Part shown: one piece after another, positions 10,822 through 18,275 of the stretch
Numbering within the stretch: position 1 is the first letter of the stretch
Layout: each line of letters opens with the position of its first letter
Assembly: GCA_035308125.1 (NCBI GenBank)
Contig: DATGHF010000007.1
Span: 12,863-76,862, forward strand
Length of the DNA: 64,000 bases
Direction of reading: 5' to 3'
DNA from: Candidatus Sulfotelmatobacter sp.
GTDB lineage: Bacteria > Acidobacteriota > Terriglobia > Terriglobales > Acidobacteriaceae
Position numbers and translations under genes: made by a program
Notes under the pieces: model-generated
Databases searched by the model: none
What the model was told of the DNA's origin: nothing
What the model saw: only the letters and a program-made list of their open reading frames with translations

Positions 10822-11074
10822 GTTCGATCCACGCGCCCAACGGGAACTCGACGCTCTCGATCAACCGATCGCCCGACGCGTCTCGAAATTCCTCTGTGAG
10901 CAAGTCGCGGGTCTCGACAACCCTCGCCGAATCGCCTAACGCCTCCGCGGAAGTTTGAGCGATTTTTGGAAATACCGGGTCGGCGACTACCGCATCATCT
11001 GTTCCCTCGAAGATGACCGCTTAGTCGTCCTCGTTCTACGCGTCGGCCATCGCCGCGAAATCTACAAACGCTGA
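10793..11074 (+). pseudogene. RelE/ParE-family toxin interrupted by an in-frame TAA at 10937-10939
   Basis: The same frame reads ...KWTIEFDPRAQRELDALDQPIARRVSKFLCEQVAGLDNPRRIA*RLRGSLSDFWKYRVGDYRIICSLEDDRLVVLVLRVGHRREIYKR*. Both halves match RelE/ParE architecture. Confidence 0.8.
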
Positions 11075-11087
11075 GCCACTCCCTCAT

Positions 11088-11116
11088 GATCCGTGTTCAT
11101 CCGTGCAAATCCGTGG
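11088..11116. repeat. Stutter element ATCCGTG x3
   Basis: GATCCGTGTTCATCCGTGCAAATCCGTGG read directly, abutting the hbd stop codon. Confidence 0.65.
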
Positions 11117-12010
11117 CTACAGCTTCTGCGCCTTTGGCCTCTCCGGATCCGCGTAATCATAAAACCCGCGCCCCGACTTCCGCCCGTACCACCCCGCCAT
11201 CACCAGCCGCTTTAGCAGCGGAGGCGACGCGAACCGCCGCTCCTTGAACTCGTCATACATCACATGCGTAATGTAATAAGTCGTATCCAGCCCCACAAAA
11301 TCCAGCAGCGTAAACGGCCCCATGGGATATCCGCACCCCAGCTTCATCGCATTGTCGATATCCTCAATCGACCCCACGCCCTCTTCATAGGCGCGAATGG
11401 CATCGAGCAGATACGGCACCAGCAGCCGGTTCACTATGAATCCCGTCTTATCCGACGTGCGCACCGGAACCTTGCCCAGCTTTTTTCCGAACTCGTAAGC
11501 GGTCTCGTAAACATCGTCGGCAGTGGCAATCGTCCGCACCACTTCCACCAGCTTCATCAGCGGCACCGGATTAAAAAAGTGCAGCCCGATAAATCGTTCC
11601 GGCCGCTTCACCGAAGTTAAAAGTTCGGTCACCGAAATCGACGACGTATTCGAGGCGAAGATCGCATCTTTTTTCACGATGCCATCAATCGACGCATACA
11701 TCTTCTTCTTCTCATCGACATTCTCGATGATGGCCTCAATCACAATGTCGCAATCCGCCAGGTCGGATTTGTTCGTCGTGCCTTTCAGCCGCGCGCGGAT
11801 CGCGTCCCTCTGCGCCACCGTGATCCCGCCCTTCTCGACCGGTCGCTCGGCAAACTTCGCCAAAGATTTCTCAATCCCGGCAAACCCCTTGTCGAGAAAC
11901 TTCTGGTCCACTTCCAGCACAGTGACGTCAAACCCAGCCGTAGCGCAAACCTGCGCAATGCCCGACCCCATCAGCCCACAACCGAGTACGCCAACCTTCT
12001 TAATCTCCAT
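11117..12010 (-). CDS. hbd: 3-hydroxybutyryl-CoA dehydrogenase
   Basis: 297-aa ORF MEIKKVGVLGCGLMGSGIAQV (Rossmann GxGxxG), with 3-hydroxyacyl-CoA dehydrogenase similarity along its length. Confidence 0.92.
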   Translation of the reverse strand: MEIKKVGVLGCGLMGSGIAQVCATAGFDVTVLEVDQKFLDKGFAGIEKSLAKFAERPVEKGGITVAQRDAIRARLKGTTNKSDLADCDIVIEAIIENVDEKKKMYASIDGIVKKDAIFASNTSSISVTELLTSVKRPERFIGLHFFNPVPLMKLVEVVRTIATADDVYETAYEFGKKLGKVPVRTSDKTGFIVNRLLVPYLLDAIRAYEEGVGSIEDIDNAMKLGCGYPMGPFTLLDFVGLDTTYYITHVMYDEFKERRFASPPLLKRLVMAGWYGRKSGRGFYDYADPERPKAQKL

Positions 12011-12041
12011 GAACGCCTTTCAGTCACGCAAACGCAATAGA

Positions 12042-12335
12042 CTAACGCGAATTTTGGACGACAATCTCGATGGGGACACCGCGTGCGGCGATTTCGCGAA
12101 CCAGATCCACAAAATCAGTACCCATCTTTTTTGCACCTACCCCGATCAAATCAAAGTTGATAATGACCAGCCGATAAGGAACCTCAACCTTATTGATTTC
12201 ACCATTCGCGATACTGTCGTTGAGGGCGTCGAAATTTCTTCCATGCCAGGATGGCGCGCCCACGACTCTGAAGAACGCATCGTAGATGTCGTCCTTGCTG
12301 CTCCAGGTCGCTCCGTCCATCGTCAACTCAATCAT
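12042..12335 (-). CDS. Barstar-like (ribonuclease inhibitor family) protein
   Basis: 97-aa ORF. The segment HGRNFDALNDSI resembles the barstar YGENLDALWDCL core, and the size is typical of barstar. No barnase-like partner is seen nearby. Confidence 0.55.
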   Translation of the reverse strand: MIELTMDGATWSSKDDIYDAFFRVVGAPSWHGRNFDALNDSIANGEINKVEVPYRLVIINFDLIGVGAKKMGTDFVDLVREIAARGVPIEIVVQNSR

Positions 12336-12373
12336 GACAACCGTCGCTAGATCGACTGTCTCTGTGGCGAAAA

Positions 12374-12445
12374 CTAGCTCTTACTCTCCACCGCCATCGC
12401 AATCCTCTGCCCGCCACCGATGCACGCCGTCGCCAGCCCAACTTC
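12374..12445 (-). pseudogene. Relic 3' end of a thiolase gene (last ~23 codons plus stop)
   Basis: The minus strand reads EEVGLATACIGGGQRIAMAVESKS*, compared with the intact thiolase C-terminus KKYGLASACIGGGQGIAMVVESMN*. 12384-12440 matches 13198-13254 at 52 of 57 nt by manual alignment. Confidence 0.8.
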
Positions 12446-12560
12446 TTCCGCGGGCATCAGATCATTATGCTACGGCGAAGCCCACTCATCGCAAAAGTGC
12501 GTGTGGACGCCCGAATCGAAATGTGGTTCCCGGAACAAGATACCGGACAGAAGGGGCCGG

Positions 12561-12770
12561 TCAGCGGCCTTCGAGATTCTTGAGCCGGTCTGAGAGAGAC
12601 TCAACTTCGGCGTCCAGAGCGCGCAGGGCCGCGGCATGACTTCGCTGGCGCAACTCGACGGGGGATGCCCACTTATGAAACTCGGTGAGCAGGGTAGTTT
12701 CCACCTTCTCTAACCGTTGGCTGATCCACTGTTTGTCTTCTTCCGTGAGCATAGCTGGATTATAGGACAA
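12561..12770 (-). CDS. Hypothetical small coiled-coil protein
   Basis: 69-aa ORF with heptad-like charged sequence. No recognisable family. Confidence 0.4.
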   Translation of the reverse strand: MSYNPAMLTEEDKQWISQRLEKVETTLLTEFHKWASPVELRQRSHAAALRALDAEVESLSDRLKNLEGR

Positions 12771-12811
12771 GTTGCACGGTCAGCCGCCTAATAAAATCGT
12801 CCACTCCGGGC

Positions 12812-13174
12812 CTACGCTGATTTCGGATCCGCTGAACCCGGGGTCTCAGATTGACTTCTCATCCACTTGTACAGGCTAAACGCAAAACAAACAGCAGCAA
12901 GTCCCCCAAAGATCCAAACGTCCTGGTCGACGAGCGAACCAGATCGACCATGCCTTGAATTCAGCCACCAGTATGCCGCAACCCTCCCGGCCGCAACGCA
13001 GGCAAAAAGCCATGGGACAAGCTGAGGTGGCGAGTCATGCCGCCAGAACACGAAGTAAATCAGTCCCAGCAAGATCGGGACGAGCACAATAACGGGGAGC
13101 GACACACGAAGACCCGCTGCTCCGGGCAAGAGGCCATAGCCAAGAGCACACAAAATCAGCAGAACGCTCTTCAT
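12812..13174 (-). CDS. Hypothetical integral membrane protein (about 4 TM segments)
   Basis: 120-aa ORF with four hydrophobic stretches. It lies 13 nt downstream of the thiolase stop. Confidence 0.55.
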   Translation of the reverse strand: MKSVLLILCALGYGLLPGAAGLRVSLPVIVLVPILLGLIYFVFWRHDSPPQLVPWLFACVAAGRVAAYWWLNSRHGRSGSLVDQDVWIFGGLAAVCFAFSLYKWMRSQSETPGSADPKSA

Positions 13175-13187
13175 AGGAACCTCCGTT

Positions 13188-14387
13188 CTAATTCATGCTC
13201 TCCACCACCATCGCAATCCCCTGCCCGCCGCCAATGCACGCCGACGCCAGCCCATACTTTTTTTTCCTACGCCGCAACTCGTACAGCAACGTGATCACCA
13301 GCCGCGTCCCGGTCGCGCCCAGCGGATGCCCCAGCGCAATCGCCCCGCCATTCACATTCACTTTCTCGCGATCCAGTCCCAACTCTTTTTCTACGGCGAG
13401 ATACTGGGCCGCGAACGCCTCGTTCACTTCAATCAAATCGATGTAGTCCAGATTCAGCCCGGCCTTCTGCAGCGCGATTTTCGTCGCCGGCACCGGACCG
13501 CGCCCCATCACGTTCGGCTCGACTCCGGCAATGCCCCAGCTTACGATTCTTCCCAGCGGACTCATATTGCGCTTGCGCACTTCATCCAATGACATCACGA
13601 CCACCGCCGCGCCGCCATCGACAATCCCGCTGGCATTCCCTGCCGTCACTGTACCGTTGCGGCCAAACGCCGGCTTCAACTTCGCCAGCCCCTCCATCGT
13701 AGTCTGCGGACGCCGGTGATCATCTTCCGTCAGCGATTCTCCGGTCGGCTCGCCCTTCGCATTGCGCAGCGGCACTGGCACCAACTCTTCCTGGATGCGT
13801 CCTTCTTTGTAAGCCGCGTCTGCCTTCTGCTGCGAGCGCAGTGCGAATTCATCCTGCATCTCGCGCGTAATCCCCTGCTGCGAGCCATATAGCTCTGCGG
13901 TATTAGCCATATAAGACCCGCAGTAAGTATCGAGCAGCGCCACCATCAGCGAATCTTCCAGCTTCCCGCCCGGAGCCAAAGTAAATCCGTCGCGCCCGCG
14001 AATCACGAACGGAGCCTGCGACATGGCCTCCATCCCGCCCGCAAGCACAATCTTCGCCTCGTCGGTTTGAATCATCTGCGCCGCCGAAACGATCGCCTGC
14101 ATCCCAGAGCCGCACAACCGGTTCACCGTCAGCGCCGGAGTCTCAATCGGCAGCCCCGCGCGCAATCCCACATGCCGCGCCCCATACAAAGCGTCGCCGG
14201 AAGTCTGCTGCGCGTTGCCAAACACCGCATGATCAAATTCTTTCGCGTCGATCCCCGACCGCTCGATGGCTCCTTTGGCTGCGATGGCGCCCAACTCCTG
14301 CGCAGTAAAATCTTTCAACTTGCCGCAATATCGCCCAAAGGGCGTGCGCGACCCGCTGACGATAGCGATATCACCCGGCTTCAACAT
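13188..14387 (-). CDS. Acetyl-CoA C-acetyltransferase (thiolase II)
   Basis: 399-aa ORF with NRLCGSGMQAI (active-site Cys) and the C-terminal GLASACIGGGQGIAMVVE thiolase signature. Confidence 0.95.
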   Translation of the reverse strand: MLKPGDIAIVSGSRTPFGRYCGKLKDFTAQELGAIAAKGAIERSGIDAKEFDHAVFGNAQQTSGDALYGARHVGLRAGLPIETPALTVNRLCGSGMQAIVSAAQMIQTDEAKIVLAGGMEAMSQAPFVIRGRDGFTLAPGGKLEDSLMVALLDTYCGSYMANTAELYGSQQGITREMQDEFALRSQQKADAAYKEGRIQEELVPVPLRNAKGEPTGESLTEDDHRRPQTTMEGLAKLKPAFGRNGTVTAGNASGIVDGGAAVVVMSLDEVRKRNMSPLGRIVSWGIAGVEPNVMGRGPVPATKIALQKAGLNLDYIDLIEVNEAFAAQYLAVEKELGLDREKVNVNGGAIALGHPLGATGTRLVITLLYELRRRKKKYGLASACIGGGQGIAMVVESMN

Positions 14388-14494
14388 GATTTTCCCTGGC
14401 GGATCCTGAGCAGAAGAGGTCGGACTCGCTGAGCCAAACTTGCTAGTTTAGCAGTCGGCCGGGAGATTCTCCACCGCCCAAACTCCCGGGCGGT

Positions 14495-14643
14495 GGCTCA
14501 ATTTAAATTTCTCTGCGCTCTTTGCAAACTTTCTTTGCGCGCTCTGCGGTTAAAGTCTTTTGATTTTCCCAGGAACGAGACCCTTTAACAGCAGAGTTCG
14601 CAAAGGAAAACCGCAAAGCGCGCAGAGAGATTCAAATTCAGCC
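14495..14643. repeat. 149-bp imperfect palindrome (61-nt arms) in the divergent thiolase/DinB promoter region
   Basis: The left arm 14495-14555 matches the reverse complement of 14583-14643 at about 50 of 61 positions by eye. The arms are built from CTCTGCG-type stutter units. Confidence 0.75.
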
Positions 14644-14698
14644 ACCACCGACTCCCGTAGGCGTGTTTATACTTAGCCATCCTGATGGGAGAAAAATC

Positions 14699-15202
14699 AT
14701 GGCAATCAGCGAATTCTTGCTGCTCGAACTGGAGGTAGAAGCGAAAAAGACCCGCACGACTCTGGAACGTGTTCCCGCCGACAAGAAAGAATTTGCGCCT
14801 CATGCCAAGTCCATGCCGCTTGGCAAGTTGGCGCCTCACGTGGCGCAGCTGGCCAGCTTCGGCTTCATTATCCTGACCACCCCTGAGTTGGATTTTTCGA
14901 AGGGCAGCGTCAAACCGTTGCCTTTTGAATCTCCGGCTCAGTTGGTGAAAGCGTTCGATGAAGGCATGGCCAAGGTTCGTGCCGCTCTGGAAACCATTCG
15001 GGATGAATCCTGGAAAGAAAACTGGAAACTGAGTCTCCAGGGCAAGACAATTTTCGAGGGATCACGCTTCCTGGCGTACCGCGAGATGTTTCTGAATCAC
15101 CTGGTGCATCACCGCGCTCAACTAGGCGTATATCTGCGCTTGAACGATAAACCTGTGCCCGCAACCTACGGCCCGTCCGCGGATGACACTTTGGGATTCT
15201 AG
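14699..15202 (+). CDS. DinB-family protein
   Basis: ORF trimmed to MAISEFLL after a GGGAGA SD. Contains FLNHLVHHRAQLGVYLR, a typical DinB-superfamily His motif. Confidence 0.8.
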   Translation: MAISEFLLLELEVEAKKTRTTLERVPADKKEFAPHAKSMPLGKLAPHVAQLASFGFIILTTPELDFSKGSVKPLPFESPAQLVKAFDEGMAKVRAALETIRDESWKENWKLSLQGKTIFEGSRFLAYREMFLNHLVHHRAQLGVYLRLNDKPVPATYGPSADDTLGF

Positions 15203-15225
15203 GGGCCCGAACTGCTGGCTTCGGT

Positions 15226-17820
15226 CTACGCCACCGCGCCCGCGGCCAGCGCAGAAGCCAGCGACACCACTTTCCCCGGCCCTTGCGCCAGGGCCTGCGC
15301 CAGCGCATGTTCTGCGCGGTTGATCACTTCGGTGACGATATCGACCGGGTCGTAATCCTGCTTCACCACGGCCTCGGCCAGTCCAGCCGAGAACTGCACG
15401 GCCTGGCCCTTTTCAGCGCCATTCTTGGCTGGCAGACGCACTTCGGAAATAATCTTGCGCAGCTTTTCCACGGCCAAGCTCGCTTCCTTGGTCGCCGTGT
15501 CTCCCAGGATGATCGCAACCGTGGTGGTGTCGTAGCGGAAGGCCAGATCGTTCGAGCGGATGTTCGCCGCAAACAGCTGGCCAATCTTGCCCAGCACGCT
15601 CTCGATTTCCGCTTCGCCGTATTCCTTCACCATGGCGGAGCTTCGCCCGAACTGCAACAGCAGCAACGAAAGCGGAGCCGAGTTTTGAATGGCGCGCTTG
15701 CTCTCCGCCAGCAACAGGTCGATATAAGAGGCCCGTTTCAACAGCCCCGACTTCTCATCGGTCACCGAAAGGTTCTTTACCAGCCGCCGCAGCCCGGCGT
15801 TGTTCAACGCAATCACCATCTGGTCGGCCACCGTCTTCAGCACCACCACATCCGAAGGCTGCCACGTCCGCGGCCGTGCATGAATTAACAGCAACAGGCC
15901 CACTGTCTCTTCGCCATCACTCAAGGGAATCGTCAGAATTGAAACGGCACCGAGCTCGGCCACCCATTTCTGCGCCGCCTGCAGTTGCGGCGCTTTCGCT
16001 GCGTCCGGAATGGTCAACGCCTCATGCCCCGGAGCCGCTTCCTGCAGGCAGACAATCAATTTCGCCAGCGTTGACGTACCCGCTTTCTTGTAACCTTCGG
16101 CGCAAAACTCCTCCAGCGCAGTCGGAGGCAGCCCCGGTTTCGCCATGGCCACCACGCACCGCGTCGTTTCCCAGTGGCCACCGATTTCCTTCACTGCGGT
16201 CGTGAGCACCGCCGCAGCCGTTCCCTGGTGATAGAGCTTGCGCGTAATCTCGGCCACGCGGGTAAAGCTGCGAACATCAGCCGCCGGATCAGCCACCGGC
16301 GCTGCAGCCGGCGCGCCCTGGACAGGCATGCCCGGCACCGGCGCCGGAGCGGGCGGCAAGGGCGCCGACCCCGCATACCGCGGCTGGATCCCGGCCGCCA
16401 TATACAGACGCTGCAGGTCCTCGTTGCGCTCTTCTTCCCGGGGAAACATTTCCTGGATGCGCTGCAGCCGTTCGACCGCTTTGTTGCGCATGCCGTACTG
16501 CACCAGAATTTCCGCCTGCAGCATCAAGTCCTGCAGCGTGGATGCCCCCAGAGTCGGCGCTTCGGCGTGGGCCGGTTCTTCGGTGGCCTTGCTCACCGGC
16601 GTAAAACGCGAAGCGATCAGCTTGAAGCGGCTGTCGTCCACCTTGCCCTTCAGCATGTCCAGCCGCTTCAGGTGCCCGGCTTCATAGGGATCCACTTCCG
16701 CCGAGCGGTCCAGGCATTCCGCAGCCTTGGCAAACTCGCCCGTGCTGCAATAAAGATCAAACAGTTTCAGCAGGGTCTGGCAATAATCGTTCTCGCGATT
16801 CGACGCGTTGTAAAGTTCGCTGAGGAACTCCAGCATCTGTGACGACGCCCGGTGCGCCCCCGTAATGTCCTGCATGATGGCGATGAACTGCCGCCGCTCG
16901 CCCCGCCGCCTCTGGAATTGTTCCAGCTTCCGAGCCAGCGCCACTGCCGCATCGTCTTGACTGACGTCGAGCAACTGCCCGATCAGCGCGATCACCTGCT
17001 GCACCCGCGCCGGATTCGTCTCAAACATCTGCCAGACCAGCGGCTCCGCCTCGGTAAATCGCCCGGCCGCAATCAGCGCTTCCGAATAAACATCCCGCAA
17101 CTCCGGACTCGTCTGACCAGAGTTCAACTGCGGCTCAAGAATAAAGATCGCCGCTCCCGCCTGCCCCTGCGCCAGCTGGCTTTTCCCATAGGCCAGCGCA
17201 ATCCCCGGATCGGAGGAATCTTCCTGATAGGCGCGCTCGTACCACGGCGCGCCCTCGCTTCCGGCCTCCACCGCCAACTGCGCCACGCGATGAAATGCCG
17301 CAGCGGCCACTTTCCGGTTTCCCAGTTCCGACGAGAGTTCGGCAAAGCGCTGGAAGTTCGCCAGGTTCGGCTCCAGGGCCACAATCCGCTCCAGAAGAGT
17401 GGCTGCATCTTTCTGATTCGAAAGCTTTACCAGGTCGGCGAAGGCGGTTTCGTAGGTCTGAACCGCCAGCTTGCGGTTCGACCCCTCCAGCAGCTGTCCA
17501 AAACGATATTTCTGCTGCCAGGTCGGGCTGCCGTGGCGGGTCAGTTTCTTGTAGGTCAGGCTGGCGCGGGTCGCGTCTCCGCTGGAAACCTGCCGTTCAA
17601 ACAAGTCTCCCAGCAGGATCACCGCCTCCTTATTCCGGCTCAAAGACAGGCAGAGATCGGCCGACAACTGGCGCACCACATCGTTTTCCGGATCGTCTTT
17701 CAGGACCAGCAGGTATTCTTCCAGCGCCTCGGCGGTTTTCCCCTTCTGCAGGAGCTTTTCCGCACGCTCTACACGCCGCGCAATCTCAGCTCGGTCCGGT
17801 CGTCTGGTGATCTCAGGCAT
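15226..17820 (-). CDS. TPR - GAF - degenerate GGDEF domain signalling protein
   Basis: N-terminal TPR-like helical repeats. The C-terminal GGDEF-fold region (DEKSGLLKRASY...RSNDLAFRYDTTTVAIILGD) has DTTTV in place of GGDEF but keeps RxxD. The start at 17820 (MPEITRRPD) is chosen over 17895 and is uncertain. Confidence 0.8.
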   Translation of the reverse strand: MPEITRRPDRAEIARRVERAEKLLQKGKTAEALEEYLLVLKDDPENDVVRQLSADLCLSLSRNKEAVILLGDLFERQVSSGDATRASLTYKKLTRHGSPTWQQKYRFGQLLEGSNRKLAVQTYETAFADLVKLSNQKDAATLLERIVALEPNLANFQRFAELSSELGNRKVAAAAFHRVAQLAVEAGSEGAPWYERAYQEDSSDPGIALAYGKSQLAQGQAGAAIFILEPQLNSGQTSPELRDVYSEALIAAGRFTEAEPLVWQMFETNPARVQQVIALIGQLLDVSQDDAAVALARKLEQFQRRRGERRQFIAIMQDITGAHRASSQMLEFLSELYNASNRENDYCQTLLKLFDLYCSTGEFAKAAECLDRSAEVDPYEAGHLKRLDMLKGKVDDSRFKLIASRFTPVSKATEEPAHAEAPTLGASTLQDLMLQAEILVQYGMRNKAVERLQRIQEMFPREEERNEDLQRLYMAAGIQPRYAGSAPLPPAPAPVPGMPVQGAPAAAPVADPAADVRSFTRVAEITRKLYHQGTAAAVLTTAVKEIGGHWETTRCVVAMAKPGLPPTALEEFCAEGYKKAGTSTLAKLIVCLQEAAPGHEALTIPDAAKAPQLQAAQKWVAELGAVSILTIPLSDGEETVGLLLLIHARPRTWQPSDVVVLKTVADQMVIALNNAGLRRLVKNLSVTDEKSGLLKRASYIDLLLAESKRAIQNSAPLSLLLLQFGRSSAMVKEYGEAEIESVLGKIGQLFAANIRSNDLAFRYDTTTVAIILGDTATKEASLAVEKLRKIISEVRLPAKNGAEKGQAVQFSAGLAEAVVKQDYDPVDIVTEVINRAEHALAQALAQGPGKVVSLASALAAGAVA

Positions 17821-18275
17821 GTGGAGATAGGGGTACCTGATAAACAGGCGGAGTAACCCTTCTCCGATTCTAGGAGCCGAGCTAGACCGCAGCAATGCGG
17901 TAACGCCCGGTCGCGATTACGAAGGTCACCCCCCTCAGGCTCGCTCCGGCTTGTCATTCCCAAACAAAGGCTTGTCATTCCGACCCAGAGCGGAGCCACC
18001 GCCCTCGCCTCGCAGCAGAGAGCTATCGGGGATCTGAGTGTAGTCGCGGGTTCGCAACAGGTGTCGCCCGGCAACACACGATCTTGTAGACAGTTTTCCA
18101 GCTACTGCAACTTCGCGTACTCCGCTCTGGCCTGCTGGTAGTGGAGATGTCGGGGTCGGCATCTTTCCAGAGAGTGAGGAAATCTGTGTAGCCGGCCAGG
18201 GCACGGTTGCGGGCGGCGTCGGCATCCGCTCCCTGCGCAGGTCATTGGAATCGAGTCAAGAACGCAGCGGACGGC

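Noticed and set aside
10937-10939. Programmed stop-codon readthrough or recoding in the RelE-like gene
   Set aside because: The stop is TAA, with no obvious downstream recoding structure or SECIS-like element. Simple nonsense decay, or a base-call error, is the more economical explanation.
12561-12770. The 69-aa ORF as the missing barnase-type partner of the barstar-like gene
   Set aside because: The sequence is a charged coiled-coil-like peptide with no RNase catalytic pattern and no signal peptide. It is also separated from the barstar-like gene by the thiolase relic.
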